Below, in pieces: positions 38,453 through 45,621 of a stretch of 45,621 nucleotides of DNA; position 1 is the stretch's first letter; each line of letters starts with the position of its first letter. The DNA is taken from positions 1 through 45,621 of the forward strand of contig CAXXGJ010000030.1 of NCBI GenBank assembly GCA_963677895.2, read 5' to 3'. The notes under the pieces were generated by a model, which worked only from the letters and a program-made list of their open reading frames with translations, did not search any database and was not told the origin of the DNA. The position numbers were made by a program, and so were the translations under genes. Source of the DNA: Treponemataceae bacterium. Lineage in GTDB: Bacteria; Spirochaetota; Spirochaetia; Treponematales; Rectinemataceae.

Positions 38453-39394
38453 CTACTCAGCTATAATCGCCCCATCTGGGATAGATGATTTTTTGACGTC
38501 GCTTACAGCCCAAGAAAGAGTAATTCCTACGCAATAGCTATTCCAGGGATTCGATTCAGGTAAATAGAGTTCTGTGTTAATGTCTTGCTTACTCGTAATT
38601 TTTTCTATTGGAATAATATAAGCAATGGTTCCTTTACCAGGGCTCAATTTAGGGCCGGTAATCCTGAATATATCGCTAAGAGGCGGATTATAGGTCATCG
38701 TACTGCGTTCATCGGTAATTTCATAATCATAGGAAACGACAAACTGCGATTCATTGGCACTATTAATAAAAGCGTTGATGTTGCTGACCTTGCAGTCGGA
38801 ACCAATGTTATCTTGCCAGACTGTATATTGATCTACATTTTGAATTGTGGTTGTAGACGTAGCCACATCAGCACTGTTCGCCTTCGGGCATTCGGTCAAA
38901 CCACATAAAAATTCGATGTTAGGCGCCCAATCACCTTTTATCACCTGCAAAGAAGCACCAAAGTAGGTCTTCATGTACCACCAAAATGGATCGCCTGAAG
39001 AAGGATTGGCACCCCCTCCTGCTCTATATTGATCTTGGATATCCTGAGGCACGTAGAGAACATAATTAAATTCCATCCCATCGCCGTCCAAGCCGTGCTC
39101 GTCAAATAAACAATATATAGCAAAAGTGTTGGCATCCCTGGGATAGACTTCGGTATCATATGCCCCCTCTGAGGTGAATTTGAGAAGGACTCCAACAATT
39201 GGTTCGCCATCTTGCAGCTGTGTACCGGCTTTTGGAATAATTCTTTTTGAAGGAAACTGATTGAAATTCTTGTACACGGCATACTTGGATGACACATTAC
39301 CCGGATCGGTTACGGTAGGATTTTGACAGGAACTGAGGAAGAGAGAAAAGCAAATGATGGCCAGGGAAGAAACCAATTTAATACTATTTTTCAT
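38453..39394 (-). CDS. Hypothetical lipoprotein (moron)
   Basis: MKNSIK, hydrophobic stretch, FLSSC lipobox-like sequence. Confidence 0.75.
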   Translation of the reverse strand: MKNSIKLVSSLAIICFSLFLSSCQNPTVTDPGNVSSKYAVYKNFNQFPSKRIIPKAGTQLQDGEPIVGVLLKFTSEGAYDTEVYPRDANTFAIYCLFDEHGLDGDGMEFNYVLYVPQDIQDQYRAGGGANPSSGDPFWWYMKTYFGASLQVIKGDWAPNIEFLCGLTECPKANSADVATSTTTIQNVDQYTVWQDNIGSDCKVSNINAFINSANESQFVVSYDYEITDERSTMTYNPPLSDIFRITGPKLSPGKGTIAYIIPIEKITSKQDINTELYLPESNPWNSYCVGITLSWAVSDVKKSSIPDGAIIAE

Positions 39395-39733
39395 TGCCTT
39401 TAACCTTCTAATATTAGTCTATTACTATACTTAGGGGGTGTCAATAATAACCTCTACCATTGATAGAGAGATCAAATGTCGAGCATCAACTCTCCACTTA
39501 CAAGCGTGAGGCCATTCAAGGTGCCTTAGCCCAAGAAAACAGTTTTGCGCTAGTTAATGACAATTGTAGGTTTACGTGAAAGTGTTGGCGGCCATGATTC
39601 TACCGGGAGAAAAACCGAGAAATATGCAATGTCATGAAATAAACTTTTAAAAGTAATACTGGAAAAATCCCATTTGTCCTGGATATCTAAATTTTTAAGG
39701 CTAGAATCAAAGGCATAGGCCATAAGAAGTCTA

Positions 39734-39985
39734 TTACAGTTTTATTGGAGCAGTGCAGAATTCCTCATATAGCTTTCGTGCCTTATAATACCGTGAAAAA
39801 GCTTTGCGATGTCCACACATGCTTAAATTATGGGCTTGAAGTGTCATCCTGAAAGATTCAGCGATGCAACGCGCTGCATCAGCCATAGCTTCCAGGGTTT
39901 GAAGCGCCTCGGCTTTTTCAACAAGCAGTCTATCGGAAAGCTCTCTTTCTGAATCAAGTTCGGTCTGTAGTTCTGTAAGACTCAT
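39734..39985 (-). CDS. Small coiled-coil hypothetical protein
   Basis: 83-aa ORF with RBS AGGAG. Confidence 0.55.
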   Translation of the reverse strand: MSLTELQTELDSERELSDRLLVEKAEALQTLEAMADAARCIAESFRMTLQAHNLSMCGHRKAFSRYYKARKLYEEFCTAPIKL

Positions 39986-40331
39986 AAAGTTTCTCCTAAA
40001 AACTATTATTATTATTTTATGCTTCTACTCCTATAACGCATAAGAGTAATCCTCCTGATTCAATTTTTCCAGCAAAAAGAGAAGAACGAATTTTTCCACT
40101 ACGTAACATCCAGATGAATATATGCATCCACGATACTTAGCGATTTTCAACGAATAATTTACTCTACCCCCGAAAGCGGCGAAAGACGCGACATGACCGT
40201 CCGGGACGGCTATTCCGGTAGCCCTCCTTAGGAGAGAGATTGCGCATGCCTCCTTTGGCGGATTGAACTTTAGACAACCATTGCGCACGGCCGGCGGGGC
40301 GGTAGAAACCCCGACACGATTAGGGGAACGT

Positions 40332-41066
40332 TTGATAACCCTTAAGGACATTACAGCACGGATAAAGGGTGAACTCCAGAAGGGAGAAGCAGCCGACAGG
40401 GATGAAATCCTGCAGCTTATTGACAGAATCGAGCCCTTCGCCGCCAGGGACTGGGCACGCATCAAGAAGCTGGAACGGCGGGCTGAAGCCATGGCGGGAA
40501 AAAGCCCCGAGGAGATCGAGAAGAGCTTCTCGGAACTCGAAACGCTGAAAGGCGAAATCGAGAAGCACAAGAACATTCTCGGCGAAAAGGACAAGTTGCT
40601 CGAAACCCAAGGCAAAGAAAACGCCGGTAAGCTCAAGGCTCTCCAGGATGAGCTCGAAGCCGAACGACTTGCCGTGGAGCGTCTCGTATTGGATGCAGGG
40701 ATTACATCGGAACTTGTGAACGCCAACGCCAAGGGCTCCCTCATGGGAGCGGCCAAGGCGCTCATCAGGGAGAAAGGAATCCTACGCATCGAAAAAGACG
40801 GCACTGCCCGGAGGGCTGTAGCCGTGGAGACTAAGGAAGGCAAGGAAACAAAGCGCGAGCTTTCCGACTGGATGAAGGACTTCTTCGCTTCGGATGAGGG
40901 GAAGGAGTTTGTGACAGCCAAGCCGAACTCGGGTTCGGGCGCGCAGGAAGGACGCGCCGGAACCGAGGGCGGTAAGGAAGGAATGCATCCTGAAACCTTC
41001 TGGGCGATGCCCGCGAAGGAACGGGCTGCCTACATGTCGAAGGGCGGGACGATCCTCCCTGAATGA
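40332..41066 (+). CDS. Capsid scaffolding protein
   Basis: Charged coiled coil, NSGSGA near the C-terminus, directly upstream of the capsid gene; probable TTG start after GGGGA. Confidence 0.75.
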   Translation: MITLKDITARIKGELQKGEAADRDEILQLIDRIEPFAARDWARIKKLERRAEAMAGKSPEEIEKSFSELETLKGEIEKHKNILGEKDKLLETQGKENAGKLKALQDELEAERLAVERLVLDAGITSELVNANAKGSLMGAAKALIREKGILRIEKDGTARRAVAVETKEGKETKRELSDWMKDFFASDEGKEFVTAKPNSGSGAQEGRAGTEGGKEGMHPETFWAMPAKERAAYMSKGGTILPE

Positions 41067-41090
41067 TGAAACCTATAGGAGCTGGAGAAT

Positions 41091-42236
41091 ATGCCTAACG
41101 TATTCACCGCGCTGGCGCCCATACTGTTCTCCGCCGCCCAGGAAGTGGCGGCCGAAAGTACGGGAAGCCTCGACGCGATTTCGATGAGTTTCGATGATAA
41201 ACGGGTCGCGAAAAACGACGTAGTCAAGGTGCCGGTGGCTTCAGGCGGCACGCCCGTGGATTTCATCCCCGGCAACGTGACTCCGCAGGGTGATTCCGAC
41301 GAGGCCGCCGATGTCGAAGTGAAGGTGACCGCTTCCAAAAAGAGAAGCTGGCACCTGACTGGTGAGCAGCGTAGAAGCCTCGAGAACGCGGGCACCGACA
41401 AGGAATGGCTGCGCCTCAAGTTGATGCAGGAGATGCGCTCCCTCCGCAACATGGCGGAAGGAGATTGCGTGCTCGCCGTGGTGGAAGGTGCCTGCCGGGC
41501 TTCGGGCACGGCGGGAACGACACCCTTCGCCTCCAATCTGGATGAACTGATCGCCATGCGGAAGATCCTCAAAGACAACGGCTCGCCCCATGCCGATGCG
41601 CAGTTCGTGTGCGACTCGGCGGCTGAGTCGAACATCCTGAAACTATCGGCGGTACAGCAGGCCTATGCCGCGGGAAGCGATGAGGAGAGGCGGAGCGGCA
41701 TCATAAAGCCGCAGTTCGGTTTCCAGATCAGGAGCTCGGCGCAGATCGGCATCCACGAGAAGGGCGACGGTGTGAACTACGCCGTGAACGCGACGACCGC
41801 CATGGCGAAGGGCGACATTCAGACCATGCTCTCGGGAGCCTCAGGGACAGGCACCATCAGACGCGGCGACATGATCACCTTCGCCGCGGATACGGCCAAC
41901 AAGTACATCTGCCAGAGCGAGATCACGGCGAACCAGCAACTTCTGAAGCTCGGGCGTCCCGGCGTGATGAAGACTATCGCCGCATCGAACGCCATCACGG
42001 TGGGCAACAACTACACCCCCTGCCTCGCCTTCGAGCGTGGCGCCGTGGTGGGTATCATGCGCCCCCCTGTAATGCCCGAAAACCCCACCATGACCCAGGC
42101 CCTCGTGTCAGACCTGCGGGGACTGACCTACCTCCTCATCGAAATGGCCCAGTACGGGCAGATAACCTGGGAGCTGCACCTGGCCTGGGGCTTCAAGGTG
42201 GTGAACTCCGAGTTCGTGGCCCTACTTCTGGGCTGA
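41091..42236 (+). CDS. Major capsid protein (P22 coat-like)
   Basis: MPNVFTAL..., insertion domain GDMITFA, C-terminal QYGQITWELHLAWGFKVV; position after the scaffold gene. Confidence 0.85.
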   Translation: MPNVFTALAPILFSAAQEVAAESTGSLDAISMSFDDKRVAKNDVVKVPVASGGTPVDFIPGNVTPQGDSDEAADVEVKVTASKKRSWHLTGEQRRSLENAGTDKEWLRLKLMQEMRSLRNMAEGDCVLAVVEGACRASGTAGTTPFASNLDELIAMRKILKDNGSPHADAQFVCDSAAESNILKLSAVQQAYAAGSDEERRSGIIKPQFGFQIRSSAQIGIHEKGDGVNYAVNATTAMAKGDIQTMLSGASGTGTIRRGDMITFAADTANKYICQSEITANQQLLKLGRPGVMKTIAASNAITVGNNYTPCLAFERGAVVGIMRPPVMPENPTMTQALVSDLRGLTYLLIEMAQYGQITWELHLAWGFKVVNSEFVALLLG

Positions 42237-42259
42237 AGACGGGGACGAGGGGCTTATAG

Positions 42260-42748
42260 ATGACCGTGGAAGATGGAAGCGGCCGCGTAGATGCCGACAG
42301 CTACGTGAGCGTCGAGCGCGCGGACGCGTACCATCTGACACGGGGAAACGGGATATGGGTAGCTGCCAGCGTCGCCAACCGTACGGCGGCGCTGGTAAGA
42401 GCCTGCGACTACCTAGAGCGGGGATACGGGAGACTCTGGCAAGGAGCGAGGACGATGCTAGAACAGAGACTCTCCTTTCCCCGCTTTGGAATCGGCAATC
42501 TTCGCAGCACCGAAATTCCCTCCTGGATGATCGAGGCTCAGTGCGAGGCAGCTCTGCTTGAGTTGAGGCGGCCGGGGTGCCTTTCAGAGAGTTGGAGCGA
42601 GGGTGGAAGTCTGGCCGGCGAACGAGAGGGAGAGATTTCCAAAAGCTACAGACCTGGCATTGAGACATTGCGAAAATTCCCCGCCATCTATGGGATTCTG
42701 GCGCCGTATATAAGAAATCCTTCGCAGGTGAAAATGGAGCGGGCATGA
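42260..42748 (+). CDS. Head-tail connector (DnaT-like phage family)
   Basis: VEDGSG..DADSYVS..AD.Y, ALVRACDY, Q.LSFPR, AQCEAAL. Confidence 0.8.
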   Translation: MTVEDGSGRVDADSYVSVERADAYHLTRGNGIWVAASVANRTAALVRACDYLERGYGRLWQGARTMLEQRLSFPRFGIGNLRSTEIPSWMIEAQCEAALLELRRPGCLSESWSEGGSLAGEREGEISKSYRPGIETLRKFPAIYGILAPYIRNPSQVKMERA

Positions 42749-43032
42749 AGGACGAGCGCGAAATGCGGCTGTGGAAGCGGCACTTGGGACTCGATGCGGG
42801 AAGGAACATACAAGCTACCTATGAGGATGAAGGCAGTTTTTTTGCTAGGCTTTCGCCGACCGCACACGATGGACGGACAACTTCCGGGATGCCGCGGTTC
42901 CTGCTTATTGGAACGCCAAGCCTTCCTATAGATGATGGTGACAGGATTGTTCTGGGCGAAAAACACTTCAAGGCTTTGTGGGTACGGGTATTCCAGAAAC
43001 ACTGCGAGGCGGTGATCGAGGAGGAGGGATGA
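42745..43032 (+). CDS. Putative head-closure protein
   Basis: Position, size and GDRIVL motif; ATGA coupling. Confidence 0.55.
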   Translation: MKDEREMRLWKRHLGLDAGRNIQATYEDEGSFFARLSPTAHDGRTTSGMPRFLLIGTPSLPIDDGDRIVLGEKHFKALWVRVFQKHCEAVIEEEG

Positions 43033-43397
43033 GCGTAGAAATAGAGATACTCGAAGCCCTCAGCGCCGACACCACAGTGATGGCCCTCCTCGGTGCGGCT
43101 GGAAAGATAATGAGCGGTAACTTGGAGAAGCGATTACCGCTGCCCCCTCCCCTCCTCCTCGTAGAAGTCCTACGGGGAGAACCGGAGATTGTTGGGGAGG
43201 AAGGAATAATCGTAGATCACTGGAGCTCTAGGATATGGATCCTAGTGGAAGGAAGCGCCTCGTCTCTCGAGGAGGCAGTGGAAGCGGTAATGGAGCTTTT
43301 AAGATTTTCGAGAACAACGACGCGCCGTGTGGACGCAGGTAGAGTTGAACAAGAATGGCTCGAGATGGGATTTGCAGGTGCGAGGATACGGGTATGA
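43029..43397 (+). CDS. Putative tail terminator/completion protein
   Basis: MSVEIEILEALSADTTV.ALLG...AVEAVM..L.F pattern; ATGA coupling. Confidence 0.55.
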   Translation: MSVEIEILEALSADTTVMALLGAAGKIMSGNLEKRLPLPPPLLLVEVLRGEPEIVGEEGIIVDHWSSRIWILVEGSASSLEEAVEAVMELLRFSRTTTRRVDAGRVEQEWLEMGFAGARIRV

Positions 43398-43525
43398 GCG
43401 ACGAAGAAAAAGAGCGGACCGAAACACCAACAAGCGAAACGCCGGAGGAAGTTCCTTCTCTTCTCGATGAGAAGCGTGAACGAGAGAAGATGTCGAGAAT
43501 GATCGCTTTCGGGGAGGGATGGTGA
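43394..43525 (+). CDS. 43-aa ORF in the position of the tail tube/tape measure genes
   Basis: Manual translation MSDEEKERTETPTSETPEEVPSLLDEKREREKMSRMIAFGEGW; overlaps both neighbours. Confidence 0.55.
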   Translation: MSDEEKERTETPTSETPEEVPSLLDEKREREKMSRMIAFGEGW

Positions 43526-44409
43526 CGGCGCTTATGTTCAAGAATTCGGATGGGGATGAGTTTTCGGTCGGCGCGGGGCGGCTGAAACTTATTTCTGTTG
43601 AGGGACTGGAAAGCCCTCCCTCCCTATTGGCAGTATCGGCCGGCCCGGCAATAGGCGGCGCCATCAACTTAAGCGCACAGAATACGGCTAGGAAGATTAA
43701 GGTGAACGCCCTTGTAGACTTACGGGGATTGGACGAAGTACAGGTTGTTGAAGCGAGGAAAGCGATATACGAAGCATTGGGCGATCTCGATAACGACGGC
43801 ATTATGGAAGTGTCGCGGGTGGGAAGGACGCGATGGATAGGGGCGAGACCATCGAGGGAGCCAGAATTTACTGGCAAAGCATGGAACGAAGAATGGCAGA
43901 TAGTACGAGCGGAATTCATCTGCCCGCGGCCCTACTTCAAGGACATGAGCCCGATGACTGCGACCGTACAGTTTTACGAAGCTATGACGGAATTCAGCGA
44001 GGAAGGAATCGAATTAGCTGAGGAAGGCCGCGAGATATCCATGATCCTCTTTCTGGGCAAGAGAATTGCGACGATCGAGAACCCGGGGAATGTGGAGGCG
44101 CCCGTGACGATTCGGTTTACAGGTCCCATCGTCAACCCGTACATACGGAACCAGACAAGTGGCGAGACGATCAGAATTTCGCGCGTCATCAATGAGGGAG
44201 AATTCATTGAGATAGAGACAACCCCGGGGAAGCGCGAGATACGCCTTTGTTTGGACGGTGTGATTCAGAATGGAATGCACTATTTGGATCTGGCTTCGAG
44301 ATTCTGGAAACTGCTGCCCAGAGAGAACCTTATCGAGATTGGGGATGAATCGCCAGGCGAAGGTTCGGAAGCCAGCTTCGAATTCTATCCGCACTATAGG
44401 GAAGCATGA
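43519..44409 (+). CDS. Distal tail protein (Dit/Sipho_tail family)
   Basis: FICPRPYF, IENPGNVEAPVTIRFTGP..NP.I.N.TSGE, F.KL.P.EN.I. Confidence 0.85.
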   Translation: MVTALMFKNSDGDEFSVGAGRLKLISVEGLESPPSLLAVSAGPAIGGAINLSAQNTARKIKVNALVDLRGLDEVQVVEARKAIYEALGDLDNDGIMEVSRVGRTRWIGARPSREPEFTGKAWNEEWQIVRAEFICPRPYFKDMSPMTATVQFYEAMTEFSEEGIELAEEGREISMILFLGKRIATIENPGNVEAPVTIRFTGPIVNPYIRNQTSGETIRISRVINEGEFIEIETTPGKREIRLCLDGVIQNGMHYLDLASRFWKLLPRENLIEIGDESPGEGSEASFEFYPHYREA

Positions 44410-44412
44410 GAA

Positions 44413-45621
44413 ATGGCTGAAGAGAGCGGATTCTTCACCTCGGTAGCGGGGGATAGAAAATACAATGCCGCCTTCATGAACCGGAAGCTGCACGAGTCGC
44501 TTCAGCGGAAAGACGGTGTGCTCTCCTGTGACGGAGAACTCGTAGTGACAAAGACAACAGGTCGCGACTTGAGCATTGCCACTGGTGCTGCGATGAAAGG
44601 AGGGATTTACTACAGAAACACCACGGTTCTGAGCCTGACGCTGAGTAGTCTGCCGCTCATGCGGAAGCGACGGGACAGGATTGTACTGCATATTGACCGA
44701 TACATGCGGACAATGAAGGTAACAGTATTGAAGGGTGTGGAAGCCACTAACCCCGTGGTGCCTGGATATTCGATAGATGACGATATTTTACTCGCTCAGG
44801 CATTAATAGATTACGCTGGCGGAATGTATGCTGTGACATTGACCGATGAGCGCCAGATGAGGCCGGTGTTTATCACCAACGAGGATTCAATCGACACGCT
44901 ATCGGAAGGGCAGACCTATGGGAGGGTACTGAAAGAAAAGGCGGATAAAATTAACGCGGGGCAGCTGGACATCGCCTTTAGAAAATTCATATTCGTAGGA
45001 AAGGGATGGACTGATAACAGCAGGGTTTTATATTCATTTGCCTTGATGAGCGATGGATTGACGATGCTTTTGGGAACATCGGGAGAGACCAAACTCTGGC
45101 GCAGCTATGACTTTGGGATAAGCTGGAATGCAGAATCAGGTGTGACTGTTGATTCTTGCATATGGGCCATAGTATTAAACGGCACAGCAACCTTTGTGGC
45201 GGGAGGCTCGCCGGCAAGAATATATCGATCAGCCTCTCCATACATGGGTTGGACAAAAGTAGCAGAGAATCTGGGGGGAGAGTCATTCAGTTCGCTACTT
45301 GTGATAGACAGCATGAACATGTTGGCGGGATGCGACAATGATGTCTATGCATCGGTGGACGGCGGAATGACATGGCTTTTAAGGGGGATTATTCAGAATG
45401 AAGATTTGGTAAGAATCCGAGTGCTTGAATCACTGGGGAATGGAATAATTCTTGCCGCTGGGCAAGGATCTGATAGTATATTCCGGTCGAACGATGCAGG
45501 TGCAACATGGAGCACAGTAAAGACTTTGGGTTATGGTGTAAGCCCACATCCTTTTATGAAGCACATTAATAACGGGATAGTACTATTTGGATTCGAAGAA
45601 GATGCCAGGGTTTACAGAAGT
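44413..45621 (+). CDS. Baseplate/tail-fibre protein with Asp-box (BNR) repeats, truncated by the window edge
   Basis: Open to the end of the window: MAEESGFFTSVAGDRKY...RDRIVL...LAQ...LTDER, then RSYDFGISW, ASVDGGMTW, RSNDAGATW. Confidence 0.8.
   Translation, partial: MAEESGFFTSVAGDRKYNAAFMNRKLHESLQRKDGVLSCDGELVVTKTTGRDLSIATGAAMKGGIYYRNTTVLSLTLSSLPLMRKRRDRIVLHIDRYMRTMKVTVLKGVEATNPVVPGYSIDDDILLAQALIDYAGGMYAVTLTDERQMRPVFITNEDSIDTLSEGQTYGRVLKEKADKINAGQLDIAFRKFIFVGKGWTDNSRVLYSFALMSDGLTMLLGTSGETKLWRSYDFGISWNAESGVTVDSCIWAIVLNGTATFVAGGSPARIYRSASPYMGWTKVAENLGGESFSSLLVIDSMNMLAGCDNDVYASVDGGMTWLLRGIIQNEDLVRIRVLESLGNGIILAAGQGSDSIFRSNDAGATWSTVKTLGYGVSPHPFMKHINNGIVLFGFEEDARVYRS

Larger units (their letters stand above)
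895..45621. mobile_element. Prophage (siphovirus-like head and baseplate genes, probably defective or tail-reduced); right end beyond the window
   Basis: Integrase next to the tRNA 3' end, then excisionase-like, replication, terminase, portal, capsid and tail genes. No second copy of the tRNA 3' end (attR) seen in the window. Confidence 0.85.

Noticed and set aside
1..45621. CRISPR array or rRNA
   Set aside because: No regularly spaced repeats and no rRNA-like sequence seen.

Overview
This is the left part of a prophage, probably from a spirochaete (inferred from the integrase, lipoprotein and attC styles). It is integrated immediately 3' of a tRNA-Thr(CGT) at 822-894 and continues past the right edge of the window. 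After the tyrosine integrase comes an ~15 kb AT-rich defence island. It holds an MzaABCDE-type restriction-like operon (ankyrin-sigma70, MutL-like ATPase, Z1, DUF4420, AIPR), a divergent Vsr plus C5-methyltransferase pair, and a two-gene operon of a reverse transcriptase and a family-A DNA polymerase. That operon appears to be an integron gene cassette: a canonical 125-bp attC lies directly upstream, a decayed attC half lies directly downstream, and an ORF-less cassette and attI-like site precede it. The GC-richer phage core encodes two excisionase-type HTH proteins, an SbcD-SbcC fusion, a DUF4373 replication protein, a second IntI-like tyrosine recombinase, terminase, portal, scaffold, P22-type capsid, head-tail proteins, Dit and an Asp-box tail protein. 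It is interrupted by AT-rich morons (PD-(D/E)XK nuclease, FGE/C-type-lectin lipoprotein, secreted DNase I, another lipoprotein, an orphan) and an ~700-nt highly structured non-coding segment. No tail tube, full tape measure or CI repressor is visible. Seven single-base frameshifts in six genes look like sequencing indels rather than true pseudogenes.
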